NCBI GenBank assembly: GCA_963797555.1
Contig: CAWCPV010000003.1
Coordinates: 608,001 to 672,000, forward strand
Reading direction: 5' to 3'
DNA: 64,000 bases
Origin: an uncultured Gammaproteobacteria bacterium
Lineage (GTDB): Bacteria > Pseudomonadota > Gammaproteobacteria > CAWCPV01
Part shown: positions 32,166 to 43,122 of the stretch, in pieces
Layout of the letters: every line of letters starts with the position of its first letter
Numbering within the stretch: the first letter of the stretch is position 1
Position numbers and translations under genes: made by a program
The notes under the pieces: generated by a model
The model's input: the letters and a program-made list of their open reading frames with translations, nothing else
What the model was told of the DNA's origin: nothing
Database searches by the model: none

Positions 32166-32882
32166 TCAGAACCGCTCCCGGTCGGGGCGAAGGTCCAGCT
32201 CATGCGTCCAGGCCGATCGCTCCTGCTCGATCAGACGGAGGTAGGTTTGTGCAATGGCGTCCGGCTGCAAGCAGTTCTCTTCCTGGATACCAGGCACGCC
32301 GCGCGTGCGGGGCGTCCAGATGACACCGTCGATCACCACATGGGCCACGTGGATGCCCAGCGGGCCGAACTCGCGGGCCATCGCCTGGGCGAGGCCCCGC
32401 AGCGCCGACTTTGCTGCACCGAAGGCTGAGAACTGCGCTCCCGGCTTCACCGAGGCGGTGGCCCCGGTGAAGATGATGGTGCCCTGGCGCCGCGGGAGCA
32501 TGCGCATGACGGCCTGGCGGGCACAGAGGAATCCACCCAGACAGTTCACCCGCCAGAGGGTTTCGAACTCTTCGGGAAGGGTGTCTACCAAGGGTTTTAT
32601 CAAGAAGTGCCCAGCGGTGTACGCCAGCAGCGAGACGACGCCGAGTTCCTGCTCCAGGCGCGAGAAAGCCCTGCCCACGGCGTCGGCATCGGCGAGGTCG
32701 CAGGGTAACATCACCATGCGGCCCCCCGTGGCTTCCACCTCCTGCGCGAGCCCCGCCCCGAACTCGGCACTTCTCGCGAGACCCGCCACCGCATACCCGG
32801 CTGCTGCGAACCTGCGGCACAGGGCTGCCCCGAGGCCGGGGCCCACCCCCGCCACCACCGCAACCGGCTGTCCAGCACTCAT
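32166..32882 (-). CDS. Short-chain dehydrogenase/reductase
   Basis: VAGVGPGLGAAL, IIFTGATAS, FGAAKSALRGLAQ, HVAHVVIDG. Confidence 0.92.
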   Translation of the reverse strand: MSAGQPVAVVAGVGPGLGAALCRRFAAAGYAVAGLARSAEFGAGLAQEVEATGGRMVMLPCDLADADAVGRAFSRLEQELGVVSLLAYTAGHFLIKPLVDTLPEEFETLWRVNCLGGFLCARQAVMRMLPRRQGTIIFTGATASVKPGAQFSAFGAAKSALRGLAQAMAREFGPLGIHVAHVVIDGVIWTPRTRGVPGIQEENCLQPDAIAQTYLRLIEQERSAWTHELDLRPDRERF

Positions 32883-33624
32883 GGCACGACCTCCATACCT
32901 CTGCCTCGGGAAAAGGAGTGGCGCTTGCCAGGGGCGAAACCCGGCACGTTTCTTTCCCCGCAGCCGTCGACTCCCCTTCCCCTCCGCAGGCCTGGGTCAA
33001 GATAACGCACTCCGGTCCGGGGCTTCAATTGTCGGAAAGTGATGAGGCCCACTTCTTGGCTTGCGCGTCCAGATCGCTGACGGTCTTGACGCCGAGATGC
33101 ATGGACTTGGTTTTCCGGACCCTAACGATCTCTGGGGCGAAAAACGCGCATGGATTCCCGTTTTGCGGTTCGCGGCGGGCTCGTCGCGGCAATGCGGCAT
33201 CGTTCACTGGCAGAAGGATAGGTCGGGCGTCGCGATCGCATGCGGTGTCAGCGCCGTCCCCAAGTGCATGGCATAGCGGCGCGCCTCGTAAGGCGCGGTA
33301 TAGACACGACGCCACACCCCTCGGCTGCCCCGCCCTGCTGTAACTTGAAGAATGACCTTGCGCTTGTGGGTGCCACCCTACCTCGACGCCGGCGAAAGAG
33401 ATATCCAAGTCCACGTGCGGGCGACGGCGCACCGGCACGGACGGCGGACCCATCTCTCTACCCGCAACAGGCGGCAGGGATCCGTTTTGGCTAGGCGGCG
33501 GAATTGTGAGAAGATACCGCCCCGGCAGCGCGGCGGGCAAAGCCCTGGGCGCCGCCATTGACCCTTATGCACGCGCTCGTGCACCGCCAGCGCGGCTCAC
33601 CCAACCACACACAGAGGATTCACA

Positions 33625-34368
33625 GTGAAAAGCACACTCTTCGTGGCGTTCCTGAGTTCCACCCTCGCCGCTGGTGCGCTCGCCGCCGAAAGCGCAGGCC
33701 TCACCACCGAGAAGGAGCAGTTCAGCTACACGGTCGGATACCAGTTCGGCCACCGCCTGGCCCAGATCTATCCCGATCTCGACGCCAAGGCACTGAGCCA
33801 GGCGATTCAGGACGGCCTGAGCGGCGCGCCGGCCAAGATGTCGCAGGAGGCCATGCAGGCGGCGATGAAGGCGCACCTGCAGGTGCAGCAGAAGGAGCGG
33901 CTCGACGCCGCGGAGAAGAACAAGAAGGCCGGCGAGGCCTTCCTCGCCGCCAACAAACAGAAGGAAGGCTGGAAGGTCCTGCCCAGCGGGCTTCAGTACA
34001 AGGTCCTCAAGGAAGGCACCGGAAAGCAGCCCGCTGTAGACAGCACCGTGGTGGTAAATTATCGGGGAACGCTGATCGATGGCAAGGAGTTCGACAACTC
34101 CTACACTCGCGGACGGCCGGCAACCCTGCGGGTCAACCAGGTCATCAAGGGGTGGCAGGAGGTGCTTCCGCTCATGCACGAAGGGGCGAAGTGGGACGTC
34201 GTCATACCACCCGATCTCGCCTACGGTGCCCAAGGTGCCCGCGCCATGATCGGACCGAATGCGACGCTAGTGTTCGAAATCGAGCTGCTCGAAGTCAAGG
34301 CGCCCGCGGAAACGACCACGCCTGGCAAGCCCGCCCCCGCGGGCAAGGAAAGCAAGCAAACCCCATAG
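33625..34368 (+). CDS. FKBP-type peptidyl-prolyl isomerase (FkpA/Mip-like)
   Basis: Signal peptide, FKBP_N, SGLQYKVL, YRGTLIDGKEFD, VIKGWQE, LAYG. Confidence 0.95.
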   Translation: MKSTLFVAFLSSTLAAGALAAESAGLTTEKEQFSYTVGYQFGHRLAQIYPDLDAKALSQAIQDGLSGAPAKMSQEAMQAAMKAHLQVQQKERLDAAEKNKKAGEAFLAANKQKEGWKVLPSGLQYKVLKEGTGKQPAVDSTVVVNYRGTLIDGKEFDNSYTRGRPATLRVNQVIKGWQEVLPLMHEGAKWDVVIPPDLAYGAQGARAMIGPNATLVFEIELLEVKAPAETTTPGKPAPAGKESKQTP

Positions 34369-34812
34369 TCTGGAAGCCACAGATCCAAGCCACGGGCCGA
34401 GCGGGGAGCCGCATTCGGCGGCTCCCCGAGATCCTGTTGGCGAGCCGATGAGACGCTCCGGCGCGTCTCCCCGAACAGCATCGAGCCGCGGCAGAGGAAG
34501 TCCGGGGTCGGTGTCATGTCCGGATGATGCGCTGGGGCGTTGTCCTTGGAGCGCGCGACGGATGTCACCCTCGTGCACGAAGTTCGAGCTGGCAAACAGC
34601 AGCCTCTTGACGGCGGCTCGGCGCGCCTCCCGGTGAGGCCTGAGCAGCCGCCAGCCTCTCATCGTGTTACACCTGCCAAGTCGCGGCCTGGCAGGCGCGC
34701 CCCGAGAAGGTTGGCGCGCGGCCGCACGCCGACGCGGGCTGTAGTATAGTCCCTCGGCACGGGCTCCCGCCCCGGCGCGGGCCTCGTCTCGTCGCAACAC
34801 GGGAGTGTCAGG

Positions 34813-35823
34813 ATGGACTTTCTCAGCCAGTACGCCCTGTTCCTGGCCAAGGCAGTCACCAGCGTGCTTGCAATCCTGGCCGTGGTGGGCGGCATCATCG
34901 CGCTTGCGGCCCGCGGTCGCCACCGCGGGAGGGATCGCATCGAGGTGACGCGGCTGAACCGGAAGTACGAGGAGACGGAAGGGATCCTGCAGGCCGCCAT
35001 TCTCCCCAAGAAGGAGGTGAAACGGCGCCGCAAGGCTCGCAAGAAACAGCGCAAAGCCCAGGAGGAAGGAGCCTCCGAGCAGCGTCGCGTATACGTCCTA
35101 AACTTTCATGGGAACGTGTTGGCCTCTGCCGTGTCCTCCCTGCGCGAGGAGGTCACCGCGGTCCTCGCTGTGGCCACGCCGCAGGACGAGGTGCTCCTGC
35201 GCCTGGAGAGCGGAGGGGGAATCGTCCATGGATACGGCCTGGCCGCGTCGCAGCTACAGCGACTCAAGGAGCGGAGCGTGAAGCTCACGGTAGCGGTGGA
35301 CAAGGTGGCCGCAAGCGGCGGCTACATGATGGCGAGCATCGCCGATCGCATCATCGCCGCCCCTTTCGCAATCCTGGGCTCCATTGGCGTCGTGGCCCAG
35401 TTGCCCAACTTCCACCGCCTGCTGAAGAAGAACGAGGTCGACTACGAGCTTATCACCGCGGGCGATTACAAACGCACGCTGACGCTGTTCGGAGAGAACA
35501 CCGAGAAGGGCCGCCAGAAGGCGCGCGAAGAGGTGGAGGAGGCTCACCGCTTGTTCAAGGAGTTCGTCAAGACTCATCGCTCCCAGCTCGACATCGACAG
35601 CATCGCCACCGGCGAGTACTGGTATGGGGTACGGGCGCTAGAGCTGAAGCTGGTGGACGAACTGCGCACCAGCGACGACTATCTGCTGGACGCCAGCCGG
35701 ACAGCAGACCTGTACGAAGTACGTTACGTGGCGAGAAGGACCCGGGCCCAGCGGCTCTTCGCGTCCGCCGAGGAGGCTATAGACCTCTCCCGGTCCTTCG
35801 GCGGTTTCGCGAACGTGGCATAG
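34813..35823 (+). CDS. sohB: S49 protease SohB
   Basis: MDFLSQYALFLAKAVT, LESGGGIVHGYGLAASQL, DKVAASGGYMMA. Confidence 0.95.
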   Translation: MDFLSQYALFLAKAVTSVLAILAVVGGIIALAARGRHRGRDRIEVTRLNRKYEETEGILQAAILPKKEVKRRRKARKKQRKAQEEGASEQRRVYVLNFHGNVLASAVSSLREEVTAVLAVATPQDEVLLRLESGGGIVHGYGLAASQLQRLKERSVKLTVAVDKVAASGGYMMASIADRIIAAPFAILGSIGVVAQLPNFHRLLKKNEVDYELITAGDYKRTLTLFGENTEKGRQKAREEVEEAHRLFKEFVKTHRSQLDIDSIATGEYWYGVRALELKLVDELRTSDDYLLDASRTADLYEVRYVARRTRAQRLFASAEEAIDLSRSFGGFANVA

Positions 35824-35854
35824 GGCGCCGATTCGGCAACGCCGCCCTGCGCAG

Positions 35855-36745
35855 TCACTCCCAAAGCCAGGCGGCGCCGCGCACCCCGCTAGAGTCTCCG
35901 AAACGAGGCGGCACCAGGCGCGAATCCACCCGATCGGAGAAGACGTAGCGGCCCCACAGACGGGGTACGGTATGGTAGAGGCGCCCGATATTCGACATGC
36001 CTCCGCCGAGGACGATGACGTCCGGATCCAGGATGTTGATGACATGAGCCAGCGAGCGCGCCATGCGGTCCTCGTAACGCGCCAGCGTCGCCTCGCAGGC
36101 CGCGTCGCCGCCCAACCCTCCTTGCCAGATCCCGGGCGCATCCAGGTGCCGGCCCGTCACGCGCTCATGGTCGCGCGCCATGCCCGGACCGGACAGGAAA
36201 GTCTCGATGCAGCCGCGCTTGCCGCAGTAACATTCGGGACCGGGCAGATCCTCTTCCCACGGCAGCGGATTGTGGCCCCACTCCCCGGCGATGGCGTTCG
36301 GGCCGGTCAGCACCCGCCCGTGCACTACCACGCCGCCTCCCGTTCCGGTGCCCACGATGACGCCGAACACCACGCGCGCGTCGGCTGCCGCCCCATCGGC
36401 AGCCTCGGACAGGGCAAAACAGTTCGCATCGTTGGCCATGCGCACCGGCCGCTTCAACAGTCGCTCCAAGTCGTTCACCAGCGGTCGGCCGTTGAGGCAA
36501 ACGGAGTTCGAGTTCTTGAGCAACCCGGTCGCCGGCGAGATGGCGCCGGGCGTGCCGATCCCCAGGGTGCCTCGCTCTCCCAGCGCAGTGTCCGCGCGCT
36601 GGACGAGCATCGCGATAGCCCGCAAGATAGCGCCATAGTCGCCCCGGGGGGTCGCAACCCGCTCACGCAAGAGTTCTTTGCCATGGGGGTCGAGGGCGAT
36701 GATCTCTATCTTGGTTCCGCCCAGGTCGATACCGAGACGTATCAT
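35855..36745 (-). CDS. mak: ROK-family sugar kinase (fructokinase Mak-like)
   Basis: GIDLGGTK, NDANCFALSE, GEWGH, CYCGKRGCIE. Confidence 0.88.
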   Translation of the reverse strand: MIRLGIDLGGTKIEIIALDPHGKELLRERVATPRGDYGAILRAIAMLVQRADTALGERGTLGIGTPGAISPATGLLKNSNSVCLNGRPLVNDLERLLKRPVRMANDANCFALSEAADGAAADARVVFGVIVGTGTGGGVVVHGRVLTGPNAIAGEWGHNPLPWEEDLPGPECYCGKRGCIETFLSGPGMARDHERVTGRHLDAPGIWQGGLGGDAACEATLARYEDRMARSLAHVINILDPDVIVLGGGMSNIGRLYHTVPRLWGRYVFSDRVDSRLVPPRFGDSSGVRGAAWLWE

Positions 36746-36943
36746 TTTGTTTCTAAAGAGTTAGGTGGCACGGGCTAGCCATCTTGGCTAGGTGCCCGGA
36801 CACGCGGTTCGCCTGCTGGGGCCGCTGCGGGGTCACGGTGCCGACCGGGCTCTGCGGTTCGTTGCTGCAGATGCGGAACGCCGGTCACGAAGCGGCGTGC
36901 CTCGGCCCGTTTTCAGGCCGGATGGAAGACAGAGCGTCGTAGG

Positions 36944-37936
36944 GTGAAGACAGCGATCTACTACACAGCGCTGGCCGGCTTGCTGCTGGCGATCGCCGTG
37001 TTGGTTTGGGCGGGTCTGCCGGAGATCGTGCGCACCCTGACCCTCGCCGGATGGGGCCTTCTCTGGCTCGTGCCATTCCATATCCTCCCCGTTGCGCTCG
37101 ACAGCGCCGGCTGGCGCGTGCTTCTCAGAGCGCGCGCGCCCCAGGCCCGATTGTCCTATCTGGTCTGGGTCGCCGCGGTGCGGGACGCGGTCAACAGCCT
37201 GCTTCCGATCTTCGGGCCGGGCGGCGCGGTGGTGGGCGTTCGGCTGGTCATGCAGCGGGCGGTGAGCGGAAGCCTGTCGGCAGCCAGCGTGATCGTCGAG
37301 GGCACGGTCACCCTCGCCAGCCAGTTCCTGTTCGTCATCCTCGGGGTGGCCATGTTCGTTTCACAACATCTCGGCGCTGAAACCCGGTTGATTCAGGATA
37401 TCCTGCCCGGACTCATCATAGCCCTTCTCGGACTGATCCTTCTGTTTTTCGTCCAGTGCCATCCCGGTCTTTTCCATCGCGCCGAGGCTCTGATGGACAG
37501 GTTCGCTGACAGGTGGGATTTTCGCGAGTCGATCGGCAGCCCCGTGCGGTTGCACGGCGAGCTACGTCTCCTTTACGCACAGCGCCGGGCCGTGGTCCAA
37601 AGCGGACTCTGGCAGTTGGCGGGGCTGCTTTCCGGGGCCGGCGAGGTCTGGCTGGCTCTGCACCTGTTCCAGCAGCCGGTCAGTCTGGCCTCTGCCATAC
37701 TGCTCGAAAGCCTCGGTCAGGTGGTCCGCACGGCGACCTTCATGGTGCCGGCGGGCGTCGGCGTACGGGAGGCGAGCTTCGCACTGTTCGCCCCGATGGT
37801 CGGACTCTCGCCGCAAGTGGGCATTGCCCTGGCGCTCGCCAAGCGCCTGAGGGAGCTTGTTTTTGGCCTCCCCGTGCTGGCATCCTGGCAGTGGGTGGAA
37901 GGGCGCCGCCTGGTGACCCGCGGCACCGTCGATTAG
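36944..37936 (+). CDS. Lysylphosphatidylglycerol synthase TM-domain / HpnL-like membrane protein
   Basis: Multi-TM, RDAVNSLLP, ESLGQVVRTATFMVPAGVGVRE, ALALAKRLRE. Confidence 0.75.
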   Translation: MKTAIYYTALAGLLLAIAVLVWAGLPEIVRTLTLAGWGLLWLVPFHILPVALDSAGWRVLLRARAPQARLSYLVWVAAVRDAVNSLLPIFGPGGAVVGVRLVMQRAVSGSLSAASVIVEGTVTLASQFLFVILGVAMFVSQHLGAETRLIQDILPGLIIALLGLILLFFVQCHPGLFHRAEALMDRFADRWDFRESIGSPVRLHGELRLLYAQRRAVVQSGLWQLAGLLSGAGEVWLALHLFQQPVSLASAILLESLGQVVRTATFMVPAGVGVREASFALFAPMVGLSPQVGIALALAKRLRELVFGLPVLASWQWVEGRRLVTRGTVD

Positions 37937-37984
37937 CAGCAGAGGCTAGCTTGAGAGCATCAGCATCGGGGGACAGCGTAAGCT

Positions 37985-39248
37985 ATGACAATTTGGTCGC
38001 AGCCACTTAACGACAAACTTTTCAATGGGATGCTCCGAGCAGCGAACGCGCTCGGCCCGGCAATCGACCGCAGCGGTCTGGGGCTCGGATCGCTCGATCT
38101 GCAGACCCTGCTGGATACCGCCTGCCGCAGGGCGGGACTCGGCGATTTCGGTACGCCCGCGCTCGAAGCGCCGCTGCGGGTGCTTCTCGATGCCTGTCAG
38201 AACGAGGCCAACCTAAACCTGTTCGGACGCATCTCGACCCGATGGGACGTTCCTGCGCTTGCTGACGAACCGGCTGCGGCTGGAGGAGGACCGCAAACGC
38301 AATCCCGCCATCGCTGACGAGCCCGTCGAACGCCCGCTCTTCATCGTCGGCCTGCCGCGCAGCGGCACGACGCTCCTCCATAGCCTGCTGGCCCAGGACC
38401 CTGAGAACCGCTGCCCCGCGCACTGGGAGACCATGTATCCCTCTCCTCCGCCCGAGCGCCTGCACTACGAAGACGATCCGCGCATCCGTCAAGTCGAGCG
38501 GCAGCTCAAGTGGTTCGGCCGCATCGCCCCCGGCTTCAGAGCGATGCATCTGATCGGGGCACGTCTCCCGCGAGAGTGCACGGAGATCATGGATCACGTG
38601 TTTCTCAGCCTGCGCTTCGACACGCTGTATCACGTGCCTTCGTACCTGCGCTGGATCGAACGGCACGGGCTGCGCGACGCCTACACCTTTCATCGGACCT
38701 TCCTGCAGCAGTTGCAATGGCGCTGTCCACCTCGGCGGTGGGTGCTCAAGAGCCCGGACCACGTATTTGCGCTTGCCGATCTGTTCGCCGTGTATCCCGA
38801 TGCCCGAGTGCTGATGACCCATCGCGATCCGCTGCGGGTGGTGGCGTCGGTTGCCAGCCTCACCGCGGCGCTGCAACTTCCCTTCAGCGATTCGGTGGAT
38901 CCGGTCCGGGTGGCCCGCACCGTCAGCAGGCGATGGGTCGAAGGCGCGCAAGGCATGGTCCGAGCGCGCGAGGAGGCCGACATCGGGGGCCGCTTCCTGG
39001 ACATTCATTATGTCGACTTGGTCCGGGACCCCATGGGCGAAATTCGTCGCGTCTATTCCCACCTCGGTCTGCCACTGAGCGACGAGGGCAGCAAACGGAT
39101 GCGCATGTTCCTCTCCCAGCACCCCAAGGATCGCCACGGCCAGCACCGCTATTCCCTCGAACAGTTCGGGCTCGACCGCGACGAGCAGGAGCGGCAATAT
39201 CGACCTTACGTGGAACGCTTTCAGGTCGAGGCGGAGCCTGCCATCTAA
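37985..39248 (+). CDS. Sulfotransferase family protein (frameshift near 38250)
   Basis: PAPS loop IVGLPRSGTTLLH, WVLKSPDH, MTHRDP; N-terminus lies in ORF 37985. Confidence 0.88.
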
Positions 39249-40219
39249 GGCTTCGCTATGCGGTCGAACACCATCACCGACGAGACGCCATCCTTTTCAT
39301 AGAGAAGCGCCATCTGTCCTGCCAGGAACCCGAACCGCTTGACGCGGCCGAGCTGGTCCAGGAAGCGGCTCTCCACCGCCATGGCCGGTTCCGGGCAAGC
39401 CATTTTGGTCGAAGCAACGGGTCCCACTGACACCTCGCCGGGCATGCCGCCCTCCGTCGCCGTCGCGACGTAACGGTTACAGCCGGCGCTTCCCACGAAC
39501 TTTCCGGCTTCGAACCGGAGGGTCACCTCGGGTTCCGCTGGCGCCCCCTCGTCGGCGCCCCAGCCGCGAAGCGCCCATTCGGTGCCTGTGAGCGTCTCCA
39601 GGGAAAGCCGCTGCGGTTTCTCGGAGAGGGCAAGCTCTTCGAGCTCCCCGCCGCGTCGGAGTACCCAGCCCCGCGTGGTCACCTCGCCAGGGCAGCAGGC
39701 TGGATCCGATGGTCCGGCTTGGACGACATCTAACATTACGCGTCCGTTCTCGATGCGCCCGCTGCGGATCTGGACGCGGTCGCCGATCCGCTTAATCGCG
39801 ATGTTTCGCAGCTCGCCGTCCCTGCGACCGACCACGGCCAGGTAGACGTAGGAGCCAGAACCACTACCGCTTTCACCCAGTAGAACCACAGCTTCGTTCT
39901 TACCATCCCCATCCAGATCGCCGACGAGTCGAAAGTCGCCTAGCAAGCTCACCGTGGGACTGGAGGCAGCACCTTTGACCTGAGGTTTGCCGTGCCACGA
40001 CCCATCGACCAGCGTCACGGGGTGCAAATCGAAGCCCATGTAGGTGGCATTCTTCAGCTCCTGCAGCGTTGGCGGCGACTGTTCGGGCGTGCCGTTTGGG
40101 GCCGACTCGGATGCATGTCCTTCGCTGGATGGATGAGCGAACGAGAGCACGAATACACCGAGTGCAAGCCAGACGATGGACGAAAGGTAATTTCTCACCG
40201 CCTCTCTCCGAGTCCCCAT
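39245..40219 (-). CDS. Secreted META-domain (HslJ-like) protein
   Basis: Signal peptide, GDLDGDG..EAVV, DPACCP, C-terminal GSAGCNRY..STKMAC. Confidence 0.85.
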   Translation of the reverse strand: MGTRREAVRNYLSSIVWLALGVFVLSFAHPSSEGHASESAPNGTPEQSPPTLQELKNATYMGFDLHPVTLVDGSWHGKPQVKGAASSPTVSLLGDFRLVGDLDGDGKNEAVVLLGESGSGSGSYVYLAVVGRRDGELRNIAIKRIGDRVQIRSGRIENGRVMLDVVQAGPSDPACCPGEVTTRGWVLRRGGELEELALSEKPQRLSLETLTGTEWALRGWGADEGAPAEPEVTLRFEAGKFVGSAGCNRYVATATEGGMPGEVSVGPVASTKMACPEPAMAVESRFLDQLGRVKRFGFLAGQMALLYEKDGVSSVMVFDRIAKP

Positions 40220-40290
40220 GGCGCAGCCCACGGCGGCTCAGTGTACCAGACCCTCACGCGCCCGATCCCCGGGTGCCATGGGAGCCACCC

Positions 40291-41882
40291 CGGAACGTGT
40301 CAACAACTTTGAGACACGGGTGGTTGGAAACTAAGTTGTCATTGCCGCCATCTCGCATTGGCCGAGCGTGTTGGCTTGCTCGAGGAGCAGGGTACTGGTC
40401 GTGGGCAGATCCTGCTCGGGGACTATCGGGTTGATGGCGACCAGCTTGGGGGGCTGGGCTGCGACTGGGCGCCCCCGCACGAAGCGCTCGGGATGTGCCT
40501 GGTGGGCGGCATCGAGCGCCGCCTGGCGCACCGCCAGAGCTCCTTGCCCCGTCCGTGAAACACATCAGCCGGCGTGAACAGGGCGAGCCCCGAATGCTGA
40601 TGGTGGTGGTTGTACCAGTCGAAGAACTCGGTGCACCAAGCCCGCCCCTGCTCGAGACCTCGGAAGCGACCGGGAAAGTCCGGCTGGTACTTGAGGGTCT
40701 TGAACTGAGACTCGGAGAAGGGATTGTCGTTACTCACCCTGGGGCGGGAGTGAGAGGGCTCCACCTTCAGCTCCGCCAGGAGGTCGAGAAAGCCCCGTGC
40801 GGTCATGGGGGCACCGCGGTCCTGGTGGACCCGCAGGCTGCGTGGCTCGATGCCATGGCGATGGATGGCTTCTGCCAGCAGTTGTTTGGCGAGTGCACTG
40901 TTCTCGCGGGCCGCCAGCCAAGCCACCACGAAGCGGCTGTAGAGGTCGAGCACCACGTAGAGATTCAGGAACACCCCTCGGCTCAGGGTGGCGAGCTTGG
41001 TGATGTCCCAGGTCCAGACTTGGTTGGGGGCGCTTGCCTCCAAGCGCGGCACGGGATGGTGAGTTTTGGGGCGCACGGCGCGCCGCTCGCCCGACTCTGC
41101 GGATTCGGCCAACAGCCGATGCATGGTGCGAACAGAACACAGATACCGCCCCTCGTCCAGAAGCTTGGCGTAGACCTCAGCCGGGGGCTGGTCGATGAAG
41201 CGCTCCTCGTGGAGCACCTCGAGCACTTCCCGGCGCTGCGCCTCGCTCAGGCGCCGTGGGCTACACCGTGGACCGCTGGCAGGCCGAGTAACCCGCGGTC
41301 GGTGCCGATAGAGTGTCGCCCGCGCAAGCCCCAGGGCCGCACAGGCGGACTTGAGCGGCACCACCGGGTCACGCGCTTCGAGTGAAGCGCACTCATGGCA
41401 CGTGCTCGCTCTCGGTGGCCGCCAACAACTCCTGGGCTTTTTTTTGGAGCTCAAGGAGCTTCTCGGCGATGAGGAGCTTGCGCGTGAGGATCGCCTTGTC
41501 GCGCTCCAGCGCCTCGATGCGCGCCGGTCCTTGGCATCCTTGAGCGCCTTGCGACCCGGCTTCCTGGGTGCGAGCCCGGCCTCGCCTTCACGCTCGAGCT
41601 GCACACGCCAGGCCGCCAATTGGGAGCTGTACAGCCGCTCTCGACGCAGCAGCGCCGCCAGTGCTCCACGCTCAGTGCAAGCCTCGGCCTCGGCCAAAAG
41701 ACGTTGCTTGTCCTCGGCCGAGAAGCGCCGATGCAGCCCCCGATCATGCTCAGGGTTGGCTACCACCTCAGTACCACTTCCAACTGAAACAGGCTTGGGC
41801 ATGACATCCTCCAGTCCGCCCTCGAATCATACTTACATTCCAGGAAACCCGTGTCTCAGTCATTATTGGCACAGAGGGGGGG
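40291..41882 (-). mobile_element. IS3-family insertion sequence
   Basis: Imperfect IRs sharing TGAGACACGGG (near 40310 and 41848), flanked by ACCC direct repeats (40287-90, 41883-86), with a DDE transposase inside. Confidence 0.85.
40331..41802 (-). CDS. IS3-family transposase OrfA/OrfB
   Basis: OrfA HTH (LLRRERLYSSQL), A-run slippery site near 41437-45, PNQVWTWDITKL, HQDRG, SNDNPFSESQFKTLKY; extra indels. Confidence 0.88.
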
Positions 41883-42033
41883 ACCCGACCCCTGCGGTGC
41901 GCGTGCGGGATTGAGTGCCGGAAGCGCCACACGGACCTCCCACGCAAGCGGTTTGGTCGCGACACTGAAGGTCCGGGGTTCGCCACCGTAGTCTGCACTG
42001 ACCGCAAGCTCCATCGTTACTAGCGGTACCTCA

Positions 42034-42500
42034 TCACTTAGCTGCCTCCCCACACAGCCCGCTGATTGTCTTTTCAAACCGGTAAGGCTCCAACGCCGCC
42101 ATTCCCTTTCTTGAGATGTTAAGACCCCACTCTGGCTTACTTTGTAAACCCGCATAGTCTCGGCTGACGAAGACCCCGTTGGGGCTGGCCCAGACAAGGG
42201 ACGGAATGAGGTAGAGGTCTGGGGGCTGGCCATCAAAGAGAAGTCCAAGCGCCAAATACACCTTGTCCTTTAACGAGACTTGTCTTTTTGCATGAACACG
42301 TAGCCCGCCGAACGGAGGGACTTCACCTGAACCTCAATGAAAGGCCCTTCCTCATACCGCGCAACAAAGTCGATACCGCGATCATCAACTTCCGTTGAAT
42401 AGACCTGAAATCCATACATCGTCAACTCCATCTTGACAAAGTACTCCGTATACGCACCGACTTGCTGTCTATTCAACCGGCTCCAATTGTATCGCTGCAT
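42034..42500 (-). CDS. PD-(D/E)xK nuclease-like protein (DUF4365-like), frameshift near 42270
   Basis: VDDRGIDFV..FIEVQVKS; lower GC than flanks; continues in ORF 42034..42261. Confidence 0.7.
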
Positions 42501-42660
42501 TTGGTTCTGAGATGGCTAACGTTCCCGGCATCACTTTTGGGGGCGACAAGGGGACCGGAGAAGGGGACGGATTTGTCTTTCTAGCCTCAGGCGAGCCCTA
42601 CAAGGAATGGATTGGCCATAGACGCACTCGATCAACCACGCCTCGCAGCCATGACGCAGG

Positions 42661-42981
42661 CTACGCCACCGCACCACCGACGATGGCGCCAAGCAGCAAC
42701 GGACCGATGTGAGCAAGTGCGAGGACGACTCCACGAGCACCGGCGACGACACCGATCACCAGTGCGCCGGAGAGGGTCGTCGCCAGCGCGAAGAGGCTCA
42801 CCCCCGACACAATCGCCGGCAGAAAGACCGCGCCGAGCGCGTTCCCGACGCCTCCGGCCTTCTTTCCGCCCACCGCCCCAGCAAGCAAAGGCCCGATGAG
42901 TGGGAGCCAGAAGAGCAGAAGCAAAAGGAGAAACATCCAGCCGATGCCAGAACTGATGCTGCCCTTTGCATTCTGCGGCAC
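42661..42981 (-). CDS. Small Gly-rich membrane protein
   Basis: 106 aa, 3-4 TM segments (FWLPLIGPLLAGAVGGKKAGG), GGGAGA RBS. Confidence 0.7.
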   Translation of the reverse strand: MPQNAKGSISSGIGWMFLLLLLLFWLPLIGPLLAGAVGGKKAGGVGNALGAVFLPAIVSGVSLFALATTLSGALVIGVVAGARGVVLALAHIGPLLLGAIVGGAVA

Positions 42982-43052
42982 GCGAATCTCCCTTCAATCG
43001 AAAAGCCGTCGACCGCGGCGGTTGGGCACCGAGTTGTCCGACCGTGCAATGC

Positions 43053-43122
43053 GCCCAACGTTGAGAACCCCTCGGTCGGCCCTGCGAGCCCAGCAGCGCA
43101 TCACGCGGACCTGTCGTTCCGC
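43053..43122 (-). other. attC-like site (degenerate)
   Basis: Minus strand GCGGAAC..(~55 nt)..GTTGGGC. Further core-like motifs: GTTATGC overlapping upstream, GCCCAAC at 43021-27 and GTTAGCC at 42514-20. Confidence 0.3.
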
